A stretch of 62,248 bases of DNA, filler included, from Ionaspis alba (taxonomy: Eukaryota): assembly GCA_964255285.1 (NCBI GenBank). It is 8 parts of 8 records of this genome, joined end to end, with 100 filler letters (N's around TTAATTAATTAA, not from the genome) between each part and the next. Parts side by side here need not be neighbours in the genome. Positions count along the whole stretch, not along the records: positions 23,437 to 31,130 come from CAXUUL010000814.1; positions 31,231 to 38,923 come from CAXUUL010000815.1; 6 more parts are not named here. One strand, written 5' to 3'. The notes below the pieces were generated by a model that saw only the letters and a list, made by a program, of their open reading frames with translations, did no database searches and was not told the origin of the DNA. Shown in pieces: positions 24,451 to 36,275 of this stretch. Each line of letters opens with the position of its first letter. The stretch's first letter is position 1. A program made the translations under genes and the position numbers.

Positions 24451-26177
24451 ATGGGCTTGCGGACAGATATTGGCCTGCAACATCCTGTTGATCATGGCAC
24501 AACTGATACATATGCAGACAACTTAGAGGTCGATGTCCTTATCGTTGGAGCCGGTTTCGGCGGAGTGTATCTCCTTCACAAGCTTCGAGATGAGATGGGA
24601 CTCAAATGTAAGATCTACGAAGCTGGATCTGGACTCGGAGGCGTCTGGCATTGGAACTGCTATCCTGGTGCACGTGTAGACACTCAGGTCCCCATCTACG
24701 AGTACTCGATTGAGAAAGTATGGAAGGATTGGACATGGTCTGAGAAATATCCAGGATGGGCAGAACTACGGAGATACTTCGATCACGTCAACAAGGTATT
24801 GGACATCAATAAAGATGTTGCTTTCGATACCAGGGTTATCAATGCACAGTTCGACAAGGAAGCAAATAAATGGATAGTCAAGACAGAGGACGGGAGGACC
24901 GCCAGATGCAAACACTTCATTCTTGCTACTGGCTTTGCCGCCAAACGCCACTTCCCGGACTGGAAGGGTCTGGATACATTCGAGGGTATCCTGCACCACT
25001 CCTCGTTCTGGCCTGAAGAAGGAATTGATGTCAAGGGTAAGAAGGTCGCTGTGATCGGTACTGGCTCAACCGGGGTACAGATCGCGCAGGAAACTGGTCG
25101 TGATGGTGCAGATGTCACCGTTTTCCAGCGAACGCCAAATCTAGCTCTTCCAATGAGGCAGGGGAAACTCACCAAGGAGGAGCAGGATGCGAAGAAGAGT
25201 AAATATCCAGCGATTTTCAAGACCAGAATGACCACATTTGCCGGCTTCGCGTACGATTTTTCGAAGAAGAACACTTTCGATGACACACCCGAGTCTCGAG
25301 AACGGTATTACGAATACCTGTGGGAAAACGGAGGATTCGAATTCTGGCTTGCCACCTACGACGACATGCTATTCGACGCGGATGCTAATCGTCAGGCTTA
25401 TAATTTCTGGGCCAAGAAGACTCGTGCTCGTATTCATGACCCGGTCAAACGAGATATCCTAGCACCCCTGGAGCCTCCTCATGCTTTCGGCACCAAGCGG
25501 CCCTCATTGGAGCAAGACTACTATGACCAATTCAACAAGCCCAACTTCAACGTTGTTGACATCAAGAAGAACCCCATTGTAGAAGTTCAGCCGAAGGGCC
25601 TTCTGACCGCGGATGGCAAACTCCACGAATTCGATGTGATTGCTCTTGCCACTGGCTTCGATTCGGTGACGGGCGGCATGAAGAATATGGGTCTTCTCGA
25701 CGTCAATGGTGTTGATCTACGAGAGAAATGGAAGATGGGGACATGGTCATACTTAGGGATGACTTGCAATGGCTACCCGAACATGTGGTTTCTCTATGGA
25801 GCGCAAGGTAAGTGCTGTTCTTCGCCGCCTATCTTGAAGTCCTTGAGCTGATACTCTAATTAGGCCCAACTGCATTCTCTAACGGGCCCTCCTGTGTCGA
25901 AGTACAGGCTGATTGGATCATCGAAGCTATCAAGAAGATTGAGAAGGAGAATATCAAGTCTGTAGAAGCTACCAGGGAGGCTGAGGAGGCATGGAGAAAG
26001 AATGTCACCTCACTCAGCGACAAGACGCTTTTCCCGACAACCGATTCATGGTACATGGGTGCCAACATTCCTGGCAAGCCTAGGGAGCAGCTGAACTATG
26101 CGGGTGGGATTCCTCTCTATGGAAGGGAGTGCAATGAGAAATTGCCCAACTGGAGTGGATTCATTGTGGTGAAGTGA
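24451..26177 (+). CDS. Type I Baeyer-Villiger monooxygenase
   Basis: Rossmann motifs GAGFGG and GTGSTG, GGVWHWNCYPGARVD, BVMO fingerprint FEGILHHSSFWP, KRP, ATGFD. Intron 25808-25863, then GPTAFSNGPSCVE...SWYMGANIPGKP. Confidence 0.95.
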
Positions 26178-26561
26178 GGGGAACGCCGTCACTGTACTGA
26201 TGTTTAGGCATCAATGGCCAGAGGGCGGTGGAAGACGCAAGACACCCATATTTGCCAAGATATTTAGATGCTTGTTCTGTATCCTTCAGTTCTCTGTATT
26301 TAGTATCAATGATTAGTGTATCAGCGCCATAACCTGCCTCTGTGGGAGCTCCATGTGTAGCTTTTCTTTATTGTGATTGAGTAAACAAGAATATATGTCC
26401 TTCCTGGGTAAGCTGACAATAATGGTACACCCCAGCTAGGATCGATTCTGTGGCCTAGACTGCTCTGCAAAGAGTCCGCATTCGGTTTTGTTTGGTGGTG
26501 TTGTCGTCCCAAGAAAAGCCCCACGTCTCGAACCTCATCTAGTGCATCTTGGCTCTTGGCA

Positions 26562-26577
26562 TAATCTAATCTTATCT
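26562..26577 (-). promoter_or_regulatory. Possible GATA-factor (SreA-type) site upstream of hapX
   Basis: Minus strand reads AGATAAGATTAGATTA about 165 nt upstream of the hapX ATG. hapX is SreA-repressed in Aspergillus, but this is not the full ATCWGATAA motif. Confidence 0.3.
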
Positions 26578-26740
26578 AGGGCATCCTTCCCCCAGTGTTT
26601 TCCATAATACTGAAAGCTCAACATCGTGTCGACTTGGAAGCAGAGCAGCGGCGATTTTGAGAGGCCGTCTCGGAAAGTTTTCTGTCAATCGGCTTAATGT
26701 TCTCCAAGGAACATACGATACTCCCGCTCAAATCGTTGCC

Positions 26741-28212
26741 ATGTCTACTTCATCCAATGCAGCCTCGCCAACCTCTGATGGAGCCCCGAGGGCTCTTGCC
26801 CCATTGGCTCCATCATCCACAAACGGTCTCCCTGCCGCTTCATCACCACCAATAGCAGGTCCAGTCACTTTGACAAACAAAGAATGGGTTGTTCCACCAC
26901 GGCCGAAGCCAGGGCGCAAGCCTGCCACCGATACCCCTCCCACGAAGCGAAAGGCTCAGAATCGAGCTGCTCAACGAGCCTTTCGTGAGAGGAGAGCGGC
27001 CAAGGTTGGAGAACTCGAAGAGCAGATGAAAGAAGTGGAGGAGGAGAATGAGCGCGACAAAGAGGCGTTGCGGACCCTGGTGCAAGAGCTAGAGGAAAAG
27101 GTCGCTGAGTACAGGCGGACCATATTGGAACACCAAGATAGACTGAAGCGATTGGAATCAGAGGTTGATGAGGAAAGGAAGCTCAGGCGTCTGGCGGAGA
27201 GAGATCTGGCAAGTTCAAAAGCTAGTCTATTCGGCTCAACCGATGCTGTGCCGTTACCCAGCAGACAACGGGTTGGACAAATCACTCCTCCTTCTGATCC
27301 TCCTCAACCCAACGAGAGAAGTCAGGTGTCCACAGAGGATATTCCCATGGGATGTGGTGGTTGCACCATCAACTCGCGCTGCGAATGCATCGAGCAAGTA
27401 TTCAATATGGGGAACATGGACAACGACTCCTCGAACTCGCCTCCCAAACGATCTCATTCACCGTTGAGCGAAGAGCACGATCACAAGCGTCAACGTCAAG
27501 AAGACGACGAAACACCGAAGCGGGAACATGAGTCCTTGGAAATGGACTTTACTACAAGACGCCCACCACAGCTGTCGACGAGTTCCTCCACCTTCTCTAT
27601 CCTAGCACCAGCATCCAACAGAACATCCATCGAATCCTGCGGCTTCTGCCAAGATGGAACAGCATGCCTTTGTGCTGAGCTTGCCGCCGACAACGCAGCA
27701 GCCAACCGTACCGGCATTCCGTCCCTACTCACCCATCCCTCCGACACAAGCAAACTCGTTACTTCCATAAACCTTCCCAACTTCTCCTACACCCGTTCCT
27801 CCAGCTCCAAAAGCGCTTGCCAAGCCGGTCCAGGCACCTGTTCCCAATGTCAAAACAACCCCAGCAGCACTCTCTTCTGCAAATCCTTAGCCGCCACCCG
27901 TACACCCACTACCGCAATTTCTCCAACCCAACCTGCCACACCAACCACGTCTGCACCATGCGACAATCCAGCTGGCTGCTGCCGCACCAACGTGGCTGTC
28001 CCGCCATCAACGGCTCATCAGAGCACAGCCATCACAGGCCCTACGCTCTCCTGTGCGGATGCTTTCACGACGCTGTCCCGGCATCCGGCTTTTGATAGGG
28101 CGAGTGGGGAGCTGGGGATTTGGCTTCCGCAGTTGTCGACTGTGCCGAGGGGAATGGAGGGAAGGACGGCGTTTGAGATTGAGGCTGCGAGTGTGATGGG
28201 TGTTTTGAGGTT
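26741..28212 (+). CDS. hapX: Iron-responsive bZIP transcription factor HapX; last codons lie in the N gap
   Basis: Hap4-like TNKEWVVPPRPKPGRKP, bZIP KRKAQNRAAQRAFRERRA, Cys-rich regions CGGC..RCEC, CGFCQDGTACLC, CQAGPGTCSQC and CDNPAGCC, C-terminal LSCADAFTTLSRHP..FEIEAASVMGVLR. Confidence 0.95.
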
Positions 28213-28312
28213 NNNNNNNNNNNNNNNNNNNNNNNNNNNNNNNNNNNNNNNNNNNNNNNNNNNNNNNNNNNNNNNNNNNNNNNNNNNNNNNNNNNNNNNN
28301 NNNNNNNNNNNN
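28213..28312. other. Intra-scaffold 100-N gap
   Basis: 100 N without linker; hides the 3' ends of two convergent genes. Confidence 0.97.
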
Positions 28313-29782
28313 GAGGGTATTGCTCCCTAGAATAGCCCTACCAACACCATAAAGACCGCTGAACGGCCACATCATCCAAAAGCTTTCAAGAGTTTTTCTT
28401 CTGGCATTTTCATCGACCTTGATCTTATCGTATATCGTGGGGAGGGAGGTAGCGTGATACTTGGCGCGCAAAGTATCATACCACTTCCGATCATAGATGT
28501 TCCAGAACTCATCCTCCGTGTAATATGCATGAGCATAGAGCCATTTCATTCCCGACAGTTCTTTGACTTTCTCTTCAATGACACGATTTGCTTCGACGAA
28601 TATTTCAGGGTCAATAGGACCTGGTCCCCAAACGCCGACATTGAGGAGCATCCTTTTCTCGGTCACCATGGTAGCGGGAAGCTTTTGAATGTGTGGTGGT
28701 AAATGAGGACTTCTATCATGACGTAGAGGACACAACCACAACGGATAAATGCCAAAAACCTCGTCGATGAAGTCAATAAATGGTTCTGCCGATTTCCAAG
28801 GGAGTGCAAGATCCTGAATAATGGTATGATGGGAGTGACCGCTGGCATGGAGGGCTCGGTACATCACCCGGGTTTTCATGAAAGGATCAAGGAGCCAGCG
28901 CGTGAATCTGTTGAATGGGACCATGAAATAGGTAAACGAGGTAGCTCCCATCCAGAATGCGCCGCGATCATATCTTTCGTGGTAGTCAACGAGAGGAACG
29001 ACTTCAGAATAAGGAGAAGATGATTTGTGGAAAATACTTTGGGCATGGAGATAGTGCCAAGGGTCTTTGGCCCTGGTAAAACGCTGGACCTTGAGACCTT
29101 CGTTGATAGAATCTGTCAACCGGCCTTTCACAATGACGCCTTGATCCTTTGCAAATAGTATGCCATCGAGAAACTCGGTTGAAGGGTCTCCAATCTCCTG
29201 TTCAAGCCGATGGATAGCCTCGGAGGCGCTGAATACTGGGAAGTAAGTCACCTCAACATACTTTTTCGCAGGAATCAGTTGGAGCTCCAGCAGTGTAACC
29301 ACCCCCAGAGTACCAAAGGTGCCTGCCGCGCCGTGGAACAGATCAGACCTTTCGGTTTCGGATGCAGAAACTATCTCGCCGTTGGCAAGTACAATCTCGA
29401 TCCGACTTATCGTCTTGTCGAAGAAGCCGTACTTGAAAGAGCTGCTCTCTCCACCAGTCCCGGCGAACCCACCGCCGACTGTGATGCCGGGGAATTCCAT
29501 GACCACTGGTGGGACAAGACCAAATTTCAAAGTCGCTTTGACCAGATCGTCCATGGGCACATTCGGCTCTAGTATGGCAGTTCTTGTTTCGATATCGACC
29601 TCTAATACATGGGACAGATCGCTTGTGTCGATCATTTTGCTCCGCTTAAAATTGGAAGGACGCGTGCTGTTGGTAGAGCCATGATATATTCGAAAGGATT
29701 CCTTGCGATCATAGAATTGGCGCACACTTCTTGCAATTGCTGCAACAGCATTGTTGTGTTGGTCCATTTCCCTGCTTGGCAT
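28313..29782 (-). CDS. FAD-binding Delta(24)-sterol reductase (DHCR24)-like oxidoreductase; 3' end in gap
   Basis: FRIYHGSTNSTR, EPNVPMD, PPVVMEFPGITVGGGFAGTGGESSSFKYGFF, IYPLWLCP, GMKWLYAHAYY. Confidence 0.88.
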
Positions 29783-30321
29783 TTGTTTTATTCTAGCTTC
29801 TGGTGATATAGACTCAACTCTTGAGAATTGTCAGGACAGTAGCATGTCTAACGGGCAGCATATGCAATGATTCAGGTAAGTAGAAAGAGTTAAGCAAATG
29901 CAAATCTGGGTAATGCTGCACATCAGCCTGACAAAGGAGAAGCTTGATATTGTTCCTCAACAGTCTATTAAGGTAGTGTATGGCACAGCCAAATGCAGTG
30001 CACCGAGTGCGTCATGCTGTACCAATTAGCAACTCCAAAAAATATGCTACAGTGACTGTACATTAGGGCCGTCATATAGTTTGTGAAGAAACAATGAAGG
30101 GTGGGATTATGTTCATGGGAGTAATGACCAAGCTTTGCTAATCCATTCGCATGCTGGGGCTTGTAAGCTGAGACCCCGCACGGACCGTCCATCCCTGACA
30201 ATCTCCTCTTTCCCTCTCTTCCCCCGTCTGTCTTTTGATCTGGCTCTTATTGACCAAAGCTTGAAACCCTCAATGACCTTGCATCAGTCAATATGTAATG
30301 TTCCACAGAAGCCATTAAGTG

Positions 30322-31130
30322 ATGGCTTCATCTCCTTCCGACTCAAGACCACCTCTCCTTAATGTACGGGTTGTCGAGCTCGCAGGGCTAGCGCCAGGTA
30401 TACATGTCCACTGAGCATGCGTGCCTTGTGTCGAAACGTCTTCTGAACATATCGCAACAGCTCCCTTTGCGGGCCTCCTGCTAGCCTCTTATGGTGCTTC
30501 CGTCCTCCGTGTCGATCGGCCGCATCCCCATGCGCACACCTCAGAGTCCCCACCTCCGACAGCAGACCTCTTGACTGCGCATAAAGCCTCCATAGCTCTA
30601 GACTTGAAAGCTCCGGGCGGCTTGTCTCTTCTTCGTGCAATCTTGAAAGATGCCGATGTCTTGATTGAGCCTTTCCGCCCAGGAGTACTAGAAGCGCTTG
30701 GCTTGTCACCTACGGAGCTGCTAGCCCTGAACAAGAGACTCGTCATCGCACGACTCACGGGCTTCAGAAGGGATGGCAGATATGCAAAGATGGCTGGACA
30801 CGATATCAACTATCTTGCTGTCTCTGGCGTGCTGAGTCAATTGGGGAGAAAGGGGGAAGCCCCATATGCTCCGGCCAACATTCTGGCAGACTTTGCTGGA
30901 GGAGGTTTGATGTGCGCTTTCGGTATTCTCATGGCACTTTTCGCTCGTGAGCAGACTGGCAAAGGACAGGTAGTGGAAAGTGCTATGGTTGATGGTGCTG
31001 GGTTCTTGGGCACCATGATGCGCCTCGGCACGAAACTGCCCCTATGGGATCACCCGAGAGGAGAGAATCTCCTGGATGGAGGAGCTCCGTTCTATGATGT
31101 CTATGAATGTAAGTGTGGGGGTTTCATGGC
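30322..31130 (+). CDS. CoA-transferase family III (CaiB/BaiF), alpha-methylacyl-CoA racemase-like; 3' end cut by spacer
   Basis: [16 protein letters not shown], intron 30398-30460, then [46 protein letters not shown]. Confidence 0.92.
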
Positions 31131-31230
31131 NNNNNNNNNNNNNNNNNNNNNNNNNNNNNNNNNNNNNNNNNNNNTTAATTAATTAANNNNNNNNNNNNNN
31201 NNNNNNNNNNNNNNNNNNNNNNNNNNNNNN
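31131..31230. other. Artificial scaffold-joining spacer
   Basis: 44 N + TTAATTAATTAA + 44 N. Confidence 0.98.
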
Positions 31231-31521
31231 AGCAGCAGGTGAATTAGAAGGCAGTACCTTGGAAGGCGATGCGCGTGGCACGTAGAACATGCCGATAGGC
31301 TGCTAGAGCCATTTTACTGGGCTCTGTCATGCATAAAACTTCACATAGGACGCATCGTACCAAGCGCTCTTTGCACTATCGAGAGTCTATTATTATCTAG
31401 GGAATAAGGTGATCGTTGTTTTGCCCTGAATTTGTTCCGGCGGAAAGTTTAGGCGAGTGGACACATGAAAAAGTTTCATGAGCACCATCGACCTCACGCA
31501 AGCCTCGTATACACCGTCAGT

Positions 31522-32990
31522 ATGGCGACCACCCAAGTCTCACTGACCTTGCCAGCTCTGCCCGAGGGCTGGTCAGGCGAAAAGGATTTCAAAGCCATTG
31601 GAACTCTTTCATCTGCCACGCAGCGAAATATCGAGCCTGTTGGACCGCATTTCCTAGCGCATGCTCGAAGAGTATGTCGGATATCCCGCTAATCTATCAT
31701 AGAATGATGGAAGACTAATAGTATTACAGAAGAGACACCATCGAACATTCTCGGAGGACGAGCGGATTCAAGCACAAGAGAATGTTAAGAAAGTCGAAGA
31801 TGATGATAGCGGGGAGATCAGCGAGCCAGAAGATCCATTGATGCTACAGCGAGACGCCAAAGACTGGAAGGTATGATGCAAACACTCCCATCTCTATCAC
31901 AAATTCTACTTTGCTATTTTATACTGACTCGACTTTGTGTCTCCAGGGTCAAGACCATTACGCCGTCCTTGGCCTCTCCAAATATCGGTACCGCGCAACT
32001 GAAGACCAAATCAAGCGCGCCCACCGCAAGAAGGTCCTCCGTCATCATCCTGACAAAAGAGCTGCGGCCGGCGGTACCGAAGACGATTCCTTCTTCAAAT
32101 GCATTCAAAAAGCTACTGAAGTCCTGCTCGATCCTGTCCGCCGGCGGCAATTCGACTCCGTCGACGAGCACGCCGACCTTGAACCGCCCACCAAGAAGCA
32201 GGCACAAAAGAACGGTTTCTTCAAATCCTGGGGTCCCGTGTTCGTTTCCGAGGGTCGCTTCAGCAAAGTACAGCCTGTACCTAAGCTAGGGGATGACAAG
32301 AGCACGAAAGAGGATGTTGAGCACTTCTACAATTTCTGGTACAATTTCGATAGCTGGCGGTCATTTGAGTACCAGGACGAAGATGTTCCGGACGACAACG
32401 AAAATCGTGATCAAAAGAGACACGTCGAGCGTAAGAACAACAACGCGCGTAAGAAGAAGAAGACGGAGGACACGACCCGCCTAAGGAGTCTGGTCGATGA
32501 TTGTCTAGCGGGTGATGAGCGGATCAAGAAGTTCCGGACCGAGGAGCGAGCGAACAAGAATAAGAAGCGAAATGAGATGGAGGCGGCGGCGAAGAAAGCC
32601 AAGGAGGATGCAGCGAAAGCGAGGGAGGAAGAGGAGAAGCTGAAGAAGCAGAAGGAGGAGGCGGAGAAGGTGGAGAGAGCTGAGGGAAAGAAGGCGAAGG
32701 AAGCGGCGAAGAATGCTGCGAAGAAGAATAAGCGCGTGCTGAAGTCGAGTGTCAAGGATGCGAACTATTTGGTTCGGGAAGGGGCGCCGACACCTGCGGT
32801 CATTGATCAGGTGCTCAATGATGTTGATTTGGTCATGGGCAAGGTTGATAATGAGGAGTTGGCAGCTCTGGCTGCGAAACTGGGAGGGAAGAAGGATGTT
32901 GCTGAGGTGAAGGGAGTGTGGGTTGAGGAGGTCAAGAGGCTCGTTACGGCGGGGAAATTGAAGGGGGAAGAGGTGAAGAGTATGAGTTGA
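31522..32990 (+). CDS. ZUO1: Zuotin, ribosome-associated J-domain co-chaperone
   Basis: IEPVGPHFLAHARR, J domain QDHYAVLGLSKYRY..HHPDK, FYNFWYNFDSWRSFEY. Introns 31672-31729 and 31871-31946. Confidence 0.96.
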
Positions 32991-33387
32991 TCAGGCTATG
33001 AAGGATTTAGGAAAGCTGGCTCTGGAACGATGATAGATGATAGAGATCTAGAGGCACGGAAAGAAATATGGATTTGTTGTTTGACTGTATACAGATCTCA
33101 TCGTCTCTGGCCATATAGAAGGCCAAGGTCAAAGGGGCAGAGCTGACTCATACACTTCTTGTGATCGTCTGCACTACCTTCGATGCATCTCGTCCCGAAA
33201 GGAAGACCCCAAAGATCACAAGGTACGCTCCTCTGGAAAACGTTGTGGTGGATAGTCCTTCGATGACACGCTGTAGATCCTACTCGTCTCGGTTCACTAC
33301 AGATCCTTGTTGGCAAGGTGGTAGTGGATTTCGAGGAGAGGAACGAAGCTTGGCGGGAATGTTGCCAGAGCACCAAGTACATCTCGA

Positions 33388-33660
33388 CTAGACTACGGAA
33401 TCTGGAATGGCAAAGGCCACTCCAATATTCAGCATGGCAGGTCTGCCAATTGCAGTGCTTGGCGGACAGTGCATTTGATATTTCCAGTTGTTCCCTTCCA
33501 GAGTTGTGACGAAGGAGTAGTGGATGATATAATATCGTTGTCCTTCCTTGTTGGTCTCTTTGAAATGCTGCTTGTTGACCTTTGAGAGATCAAATTCGAG
33601 CTCTCCCGCGTACTCAACTTCAGGGTGTTCGTAGTGCACATGATCTTCCTTCACCGTCAA
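33388..33660 (-). pseudogene. Orphan C-terminal fragment resembling fungal atypical Hsp70 (HSPA12-like actin-fold ATPase)
   Basis: EVEYAGELEFDLSKV...GQRYYIIHYSFVTTLEGNNWKYQMH..LNIGVAF resembles the beta-rich tail of that family. No ATG, no ATPase domain, stops upstream. Assignment from pattern recall only. Confidence 0.4.
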
Positions 33661-33822
33661 ATATCATCCCAGTTTCTTCACCGCTAAAGCGTGGGATGAT
33701 CGGAAAACTCGCGATGCAGCTATCATGGCGGCGTCGAATTGTGTCAATGAATATTCTGCCAAACACGGATTTCTGCCGCCTGTACTTTGGTAAGAGCTGA
33801 CAAGGAATTGTATTCGCTGTGA

Positions 33823-35124
33823 GCTCGAAAAGAAAAAGGTCCCGACAAATTCTTTACCGATGATCTTGGAGAAGAACAGCCTTCGACCTGGCAGGCATGG
33901 CTCGAAAATGAGGATCTACGTGAACCTCGAGAGGTGGTAGATCTCGGATTGTGTCCCGGGGATAAGCCAAAGAAGAAAGAGTCAAGCTCCAAGTCAGTGA
34001 TCGAAGGTGTATCTCAGCTCAACATCTTCGGCTTGGAAGCATCCGATTCCTATCGACAAAAAAGATTCTTCTACAAATCTCTCAAACCTAATCTTGGTCA
34101 GAAACGGAGACTAAGGGCTAACAGAGACCTAAGTGATTCCACTATCAGAGGCCTGGTTTCAAGGATCCATCAGGATATATGGCAGACTTTCATGGCCATG
34201 GCCGAGGTGGTGATCCTCGACAGCTTCCTGTGGATCCGGCTTGGGGAATCTTCAGTTCAGAACCAGCTGTTTTGCCAAGCTGTTCGCCAAGCGCTAAACA
34301 TCCCAGCTGAGGAACCCATGGAGACGGCTTTTCGAAGGTTGAAAACCGATCTAGCCGACATCGAAGTATGTGTGAGGGCATCTATAGGAGCTGCCGTGTG
34401 TTTTGGGGCATTCCACTCAACGTTCCCCAACTATCTTACAGGAGGAACCTGGGCGGCACAAAATGTGGAGGATACCCTCATGAACATCTGTGAGTCTGGC
34501 GGGGAAGAATGCTTGTTGGCTGTTTTCATCTGACGGTGTCTCTCTGTAGATCCCGAAGACGATGCTCACGAGACGCTTCGCCAAATTGTTGCAGCTCTGA
34601 CCCGGGATCCTTACCTGCGTAATATTATGATTCCACAGAAGGCCGAAGAATTAGCGCTCCAGGTACTCCACAAGTTCAGGCACATTATGCACTCGTCAAT
34701 GAATGCCTCACCAATTGAGAAGGTCAGCAAAGAGGCATTTGGTGATGACTGGTGGAAGTGTGGTCATCATCTCATGAATGTCTTCCAAGAGGCTCTTACT
34801 CTGCCAATAGAGCTCGATATTAAGGACGCCGATTATGAATTCTTCTGGATACCAGCTAATGAATCTTTCTCTCCATCTACTATGGTTCGGGAAGTCCACC
34901 CGGTCAGGCAGAAAAACAAGCCCTTAGAATCCCTGATAGGGCAGCCGATTGTTGCAACTGTGATGCCTGGGATCAAACGAATTGTGTCCCAGCCTCCGGC
35001 CACGAGTAAAAGTGAAGAGCCTCAGGAAGAAATTGGGGAGGTCAATCCTCGTGTCAAAAGTCCAGGGCAAAGTGCTACAGGGGGAGCGGACGTCATTCTC
35101 AATGCACTTGTAGTCCTTCGTTAG
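33823..35124 (+). CDS. Hypothetical protein, 5' end uncertain or missing, with GrpE-beta-domain-like C-terminus
   Basis: Two long ORFs joined in frame by canonical intron 34490-34549 (GTGAGT..CTGAC..TAG). An in-frame TGA at 33820-33822 precedes the frame, with no early ATG. Confidence 0.6.
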
Positions 35125-36275
35125 TCCTGCTTCGGTCCGATGACTTATAGTTGTCAACTGGTAGAGCAAGGGCTTATTCTTCCGGTCTTGTAGTGAATAG
35201 AGGACCAAATGGATTACTTAAGGATGCGAACCATGCCACGAGGACGGCCGAAATGCCACATTGGAATTGCCGCAATTGCTACACGATGAGGATCACATCC
35301 ACCTAGGGATTCGGTCATTGGCTGATACGAACGAGATCAGAGCAGCGGCTGCTGTTAGGACGACGGAGAAGAGCATCGTGAAAAAGTCTTGAAGCAGGGG
35401 GATTGGAATTAGGTTGTGTAGTACTATCTGAGACAGTTGTGGAAGACAACGATACAAAGAAGGCTGTTGATACAGGACAATTGATGGGATCTCTTCCCAT
35501 CCCTTATATAAAAGTTCAGCAACAGAGGTAACCAAAAGTACTGAAGCCCCATGCTTCAGCTCCATCAGCGCTCCGAATCTCGAAACACAAATGCGTGAAG
35601 CCCGTCATCATCAGAACAATCATGATGCACGACCAGATTGGATATCAGCATTCTGCACGAGTGGAGAAAGCAGCGTCAGGTCCATAGCCGCTCTTCTTTT
35701 TTGAAGATCCTTCACAATACTGATTTCCTGCTTAGAAGATGTCGTTGCTCCAAGAAGAGTAGTCGCATCCCCGAATGCTTACCGCACCGAGACTATATGC
35801 ATATGCGCGGCAAAAGTCCTCTGGTGTAGCTAAACCCTCACCCTTAGGTGCTCCGAGGAGACTGTTGTGGCGGAGTAGCGGCATGGTAATATCATACTTG
35901 GCGCATAGAATGGCTTGGGCCAAGACAGGCTGTTTCTGACATGACGATGGCTTTCCTCAATCGGTGCAACCGTAATCAATGGCTAAGGTACTGATTGTTG
36001 ACGAATGCCGGAAGCGCTTGGAAATGCCTCTGACAAAGCTAAACGACACGCCTGCCGAGATTGAAATAACGATTCGGATCAATCCCGGGAACCCCCTAGA
36101 ATGGACCGCTAAGCTGCAGTCGTTGTCCCTAAATCTGACATGCATTAGAGGCTTGTTACTGACCCACGCGGATACGTCCAGCTAATGAGTTTTTCTTACA
36201 GATTTAAAATAGGGGTTGATTTCATATAACGATTCTATACTATAGATACTATATTCAGTTCCAGATACATTTGAC

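Noticed and set aside
26657..26740. TTG-initiated extension of HapX
   Set aside because: Poor initiation context and short; ATG 26741 has good context (GCCATGTC).
28007..28330. Apparent antisense overlap between the hapX and DHCR24-like ORFs
   Set aside because: Created by the ORF caller reading through the N gap; both real stops lie within the gap.
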